A DNA stretch of 64,000 bases from Eledone cirrhosa (Eukaryota). The translations under genes and the position numbers were made by a program. Positions 59,901 to 64,000 of this stretch are shown piece by piece (positions within the stretch are counted from its first letter, which is position 1; every line of letters begins with the position of its first letter). The notes beneath the pieces were generated by a model, which saw only the letters and a program-made list of their open reading frames with translations, had not been told where the DNA came from and did no database searches. Location: contig OZ024743.1 of the NCBI GenBank assembly GCA_964016885.1, positions 133,920,001-133,984,000 of the forward strand, written 5' to 3'.

Positions 59901-62900
59901 TTTTATGCTTGGTGTTTGATGTTTGGTGCTTGGTGCTTGGTGTTTGGTGCTTGGTGCTTGGTGTTTGTACTTGGTGCTTGGTGCTTGGTTCTTGGTGTTT
60001 GGTGCTTGGTGCTTGGTGCTTGGTGCTTGGTGTTTGGTGCTTGGGGTTTGGTGCTTGGTGTTCGGTGCTTGCTGCCTGGTGCTTGGTGCTTGGTGCTTGG
60101 TGTTTGGTGCTTGGTGTTTGGTGCTTTGTATTAGGTGTTTGGTGCTTGGTGCTTGGTGTTTGGTGTTTGGTGCTTGGTGTTTGGTGCTTGGTGTTTGGTG
60201 TTTGGTGCTTGGTGTTTGGTGCTTGGTACTTGGTGCTTGGTGCTTGGTGTTAGGTGTTTGGTGCTTGGTGCTTGGTGTTTGGTTTTTGGTGCTTGGTGCT
60301 TGGTGTTTGGTGTTTGGTGCTTGCTGCTGGCTGCTTGGTGTTTGGTGCTTTGTGATTGGTGCTTGGTGTTTGGTGCTTGGTGTTTGGTGTTTGGTACTAG
60401 GTGCTTGGTGCTTGGTGTTTGGTGCTTGGTGCTTGGTGTTTGGTGTTTGGTGCTTGGTGCTTGGTGTTTGGTGCTTGGTGCTGGGTTCTGGGTGGTTGGT
60501 GTTTGGTGCTTGGTGTTTGGTGCTGGGTGCTTGGTGTTTGGTGCTTGGTGCTTGGTCTTTGGTGTTTGGTGTTTGGTGTTTGGGGCTTGGTGCTTGGTGC
60601 TTAGTGTTTGGTGCTAGGTGCTTGGGGTTTGGTGTTTGGTGCTTGGTGCTTGGTGTTTGGTGCTTGGTGCTTGGTGTTTGGTGTTTGGTGCTTGGTGCTT
60701 GGTGTTTGGTGTTTGGTGTTTGGTGCTTGGTGCTTGGTGTTTGGTGCTTGGTGCTGGGTGGTTGGTGTTTGGTGCTTGGTGCTTGGTGTTTCGTGCTAGG
60801 TGCATGGTGCTTGGTGTTTGGTGCTTGGTGCTTGGTGCTTGGTCTTTGGTGTTTGGTGTTTAGTGCTTGGTGCTTGGTGCTTGGTGCTTGGTGCTTGGTC
60901 CTTGGTGTTTGGTGCTTGGTGCTTGGTGTTTGGTGTTTGGTGCTTGGTGCTTGGTGCTTCGTGTTTGGTGTTTGGTGCTTGGTGTCTGGAGCTTGGTGTT
61001 TGGTGTTTGGTGCTTGGTGTTTGGTGTTTGGTGCTTGGTGCTTGGTGTTTGGTGCTTGGTGCTTGGTGTTTGTACTTGGTGCTTGGTGCTTGGTGTTTGG
61101 TGCTTGGTTCTTGGTGTTTGGTGCTTGATGTTTGGAGCTTGGTGCTTGGTGTTTGGTGCTTGGTGCTTGGTGTTTGTACTTGGTGCTTGGTGCTTGGTGT
61201 TTGGTGCTTGGTTCTTGGTGTTTGGTGCTTGGTGTTTGGAGCTTGGTGCTTGGTGTTTGGTGCTTGGTGCTTGGTGTTTGGTGATTGGTGCTTGGTGCTT
61301 GGTGTTTGGTGTTTGGTGCTTGGTGTTTGGTGTTTGGTGCTTGGTGCTTGGTGTTTGTTGCTTGGTACTTGGTGCATGGTGTTTGGTGCTTGGTGCTTGG
61401 TGTTTGGTGCTTGGTTCTTGGTGTTTGGTGCTTGGTGTTTGGAGCTTGGTGCTTGGTGTTTGGTGCTTGGTGCTTGGTGTTTGTACTTGGTGCTTGGTGC
61501 TTGGTGTTTGGTGCTTGGTTCTTGGTGTTTGGTGCTTGGTGTTTGGAGCTTGGTGCTTGGTGTTTGGTGCTTGGTGCTTGGTGTTTGGTGTTTGGTGCTT
61601 GGTACTTGGTGTTTGGTGTTTGGTGCTTGGTGTTTGGTGTTTGGTGCTTGGTGCTTGGTGTTTGTTGCTTGGTACTTGGTGCTTGGTGTTTCGTGCTAGG
61701 TGCATGGTGCTTGGTGTTTGGTGCTTGGTGCTTGGTGCTTGGTCTTTGGTGTTTGGTGTTTAGTGCTTGGTGCTTGGTGCTTGGTGCTTGGTGCTTGGTC
61801 CTTGGTGTTTGGTGCTTGGTGCTTGGTGTTTGGTGTTTGGTGCTTGGTGCTTGGTGCTTCGTGTTTGGTGTTTGGTGCTTGGTGTCTGGAGCTTGGTGTT
61901 TGGTGTTTGGTGCTTGGTGTTTGGTGTTTGGTGCTTGGTGCTTGGTGTTTGTTGCTTGGTGCTTGGTGTTTGTACTTGGTGCTTGGTGCTTGGTGTTTGG
62001 TGCTTGGTTCTTGGTGTTTGGTGCTTGGTGTTTGGAGCTTGGTGCTTGGTGTTTGGTGCTTGGTGCTTGGTGTTTGTACTAGGTGCTTGGTGCTTGGTGT
62101 TTGGTGCTTGGTTCTTGGTGTTTGGTGCTTGGTGTTTGGAGCTTGGTGCTTGGTGTTTGGTGCTTGGTGCTTGGTGCTTGGTGTTTGGTGCTTGGTGCTT
62201 GGTGCTTGGTCTTTGGTGCTTGGTGTTTGGTGTTTGGTGCATGGTGCTTTGTGTTTGGTGCTTGGTGATTAGTGTTTGGTGCTTGGTACTTGGTGTTTGG
62301 TGCTTGGTGTTTGGTGTTTGCTGTTTGGTGTTTGGTGTTTGGTGTTTGCTGTTTGGTGTCTGCTTTTTGGTGTTTGGTGTTTGCTGTATGGTGTTTGCTG
62401 TTTCGTGTTTGGTGTTTGCTGTTTGGTGTTTGGTGTTTGCTGTTTGGTGTTTGGTCTTTGGTGCTTGGTGTTTGGTGCTTGGTGCTTGGTGTTTGGTGTT
62501 TGGTGCTTGGTGCTTGGTGCTTGGTGTTTGGTGCTTGGTGTCTGGTGCTTCGTGTCTGGTGCTTGGTGTTTGGTGTTTGGTGTTTGGTGCTTGGTGTTTG
62601 GTGTTTGGTGTTTGGTGTTTGGTGCTTGTTGCTTGGTGCTTGGTGCTTGGTGTTTGGTGCTTGGTGCTTGGTATTTGGTGCTGGGTGCTTGGTGTTTGGT
62701 GCTTGGTGCTTGGTGCTTGGTGTTTGGTGTTTGGTGCTTGGTGCTTGGTGTTTGGTGTTTGGTGTTATATGCTTGGTGTTTGATGCTTGGTGCTTGGTGC
62801 TTGGTGTTTGGTGTTTGGTGATTGGTGTTTTATGCTTGGTGTTTGATGTTTGGTGCTTGGTGCTTGGTGTTTGGTGCTTGGTGCTTGGTGTTTGTACTTG

Positions 62901-64000
62901 GTGCTTGGTGCTTGGTTCTTGGTGTTTGGTGCTTGGTGCTTGGTGCTTGGTGCTTGGTGTTTGGTGCTTGGGGTTTGGTGCTTGGTGTTCGGTGCTTGCT
63001 GCCTGGTGCTTGGTGCTTGGTGCTTGGTGTTTGGTGCTTGGTGTTTGGTGCTTTGTATTAGGTGTTTGGTGCTTGGTGCTTGGTGTTTGGTGTTTGGTGC
63101 TTGGTGTTTGGTGCTTGGTGTTTGGTGTTTGGTGCTTGGTGTTTGGTGCTTGGTACTTGGTGCTTGGTGCTTGGTGTTAGGTGTTTGGCGCTTGGTGCTT
63201 GGTGTTTGGTTTTTGGTGCTTGGTGCTTGGTGTTTGGTGTTTGGTGCTTGCTGCTGGCTGCTTGGTGTTTGGTGCTTTGTGATTGGTGCTTGGTGTTTGG
63301 TGCTTGGTGTTTGGTGTTTGGTACTAGGTGCTTGGTGCTTGGTGTTTGGTGCTTGGTGCTTGGTGTTTGGTGTTTGGTGCTTGGTGCTTGGTGTTTGGTG
63401 CTTGGTGCTGGGTTCTGGGTGGTTGGTGTTTGGTGCTTGGTGTTTGGTGCTGGGTGCTTGGTGTTTGGTGCTTGGTGCTTGGTCTTTGGTGTTTGGTGTT
63501 TGGTGTTTGGGGCTTGGTGCTTGGTGCTTAGTGTTTGGTGCTAGGTGCTTGGGGTTTGGTGTTTGGTGCTTGGTGCTTGGTGTTTGGTGCTTGGTGCTTG
63601 GTGTTTGGTGTTTGGTGCTTGGTGCTTGGTGTTTGGTGTTTGGTGTTTGGTGCTTGGTGCTTGGTGTTTGGTGCTTGGTGCTGGGTGGTTGGTGTTTGGT
63701 GCTTGGTGCTTGGTGTTTCGTGCTAGGTGCATGGTGCTTGGTGTTTGGTGCTTGGTGCTTGGTGCTTGGTCTTTGGTGTTTGGTGTTTAGTGCTTGGTGC
63801 TTGGTGCTTGGTGCTTGGTGCTTGGTCCTTGGTGTTTGGTGCTTGGTGCTTGGTGTTTGGTGTTTGGTGCTTGGTGCTTGGTGCTTCGTGTTTGGTGTTT
63901 GGTGCTTGGTGTCTGGAGCTTGGTGTTTGGTGTTTGGTGCTTGGTGTTTGGTGTTTGGTGCTTGGTGCTTGGTGTTTGGTGCTTGGTGCTTGGTGTTTGT
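50700..64000 (+). repeat. Right-end sub-family with private variants; near-identical 2,927-bp-offset duplication at the end (~58.8-61.07 kb vs ~61.7-64.0 kb)
   Basis: Offsets 2927 (59345/62272, 60135/63062, 60618/63545), 2502 (56843/59345), 4017 (52826/56843), 4723 (50681/55404) and 6561 (54239/60800). Private marks: GCATGGTGCTTTGTG, GCTTTGTATTAGG, TTTGTACTAGG. Confidence 0.88.

Larger units (their letters stand above)
1..64000 (+). repeat. 7-bp tandem satellite array (TTGGTGY)n, about 9,100 units, open at both window ends
   Basis: Seen directly: every line parses into TTGGTGC/TTGGTGT units with scattered substitution variants (e.g. TTGGTAC, TTGCTGT, TTGATGC, TAGGTGC, TTGGAGC) and rare 6-bp units. 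No inversion or non-repeat insertion seen. Unit count is 64000/7. Confidence 0.99.

Noticed and set aside
1-64000. Hundreds of + strand ORFs encoding hydrophobic WCLVLGA/WCLVFGV repeats (membrane-protein-like)
   Set aside because: They overlap in all three frames with the same peptide, mostly start at TTG/GTG within the repeat, have no unique domain, and arise only because A, and hence stops, are nearly absent.
1-64000. CRISPR array or other repeat-spacer system built on the recurrent landmarks
   Set aside because: Sequence between landmarks is the same heptamer repeat, not unique spacers; spacing is 0.5-4.4 kb and irregular; no cas or other genes are present.
1-64000. Canonical telomerase-synthesised telomere tract
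   Set aside because: No tandem TTAGGG, TTTAGGG or TTAGG (only isolated TTAGG variants), and kb-scale faithful duplication of rare variants indicates DNA-templated amplification. A non-canonical or subtelomeric role is kept open as a finding.
1-64000. Immunoglobulin switch-like region (G-rich strand, dense TGCT = WGCW AID hotspots at the dimorphic C)
   Set aside because: It lacks the GAGCT/GGGGT pentamer organisation, is far longer than known switch regions, and has no flanking exons. The C/T pattern is inherited across duplications rather than scattered.
1-64000. Fungal RIP or CpG-deamination origin of the variants
   Set aside because: The consensus has no CpG, the dimorphic C lies in CpT context, and the abundant TpG/CpA sites remain overwhelmingly intact. 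The variants include many transversions.
1-64000. Cyanobacterial STRR-type heptamer repeats
   Set aside because: Those are short intergenic or intragenic runs among genes with different consensus sequences, not a gene-free array of 64 kb or more.
1-64000. Pure sequencing or simulation artefact
   Set aside because: Hierarchically shared rare variants and position-restricted sub-families fit descent with modification, not random base-calling noise. Local mis-assembly of copy number or order cannot be excluded without reads.

Overview
The whole 64 kb window is one uninterrupted, single-orientation tandem array of a 7-bp unit, consensus TTGGTGY (TTGGTGC and TTGGTGT intermixed; minus strand RCACCAA), roughly 9,100 units, running off both ends. 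I see no gene, RNA gene, mobile element, CRISPR array or unique sequence. All ORFs in the track are artefacts: the + strand has almost no A and the - strand almost no T, so stop codons are rare in all six frames. The array is highly structured. Rare variant heptamers act as landmarks and reveal nested, mosaic higher-order repeats (offsets of 49, 104, 307, 539, 686, about 1,550, 1,725, 2,927 and about 4,600-6,600 bp). They also show a left and a right sub-family with a hand-over zone at about 18.8-23.5 kb, and a recurrent ~154-bp island with its own 21-bp sub-period. The best reading is a eukaryote-type simple satellite (centromeric, pericentromeric or subtelomeric) amplified by in-register recombination. 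The organism and function cannot be determined from this window. I found no protein-coding novel system; any novelty lies in the satellite and its architecture. Offsets were read by eye and from ORF-track coordinates, so block boundaries are approximate.
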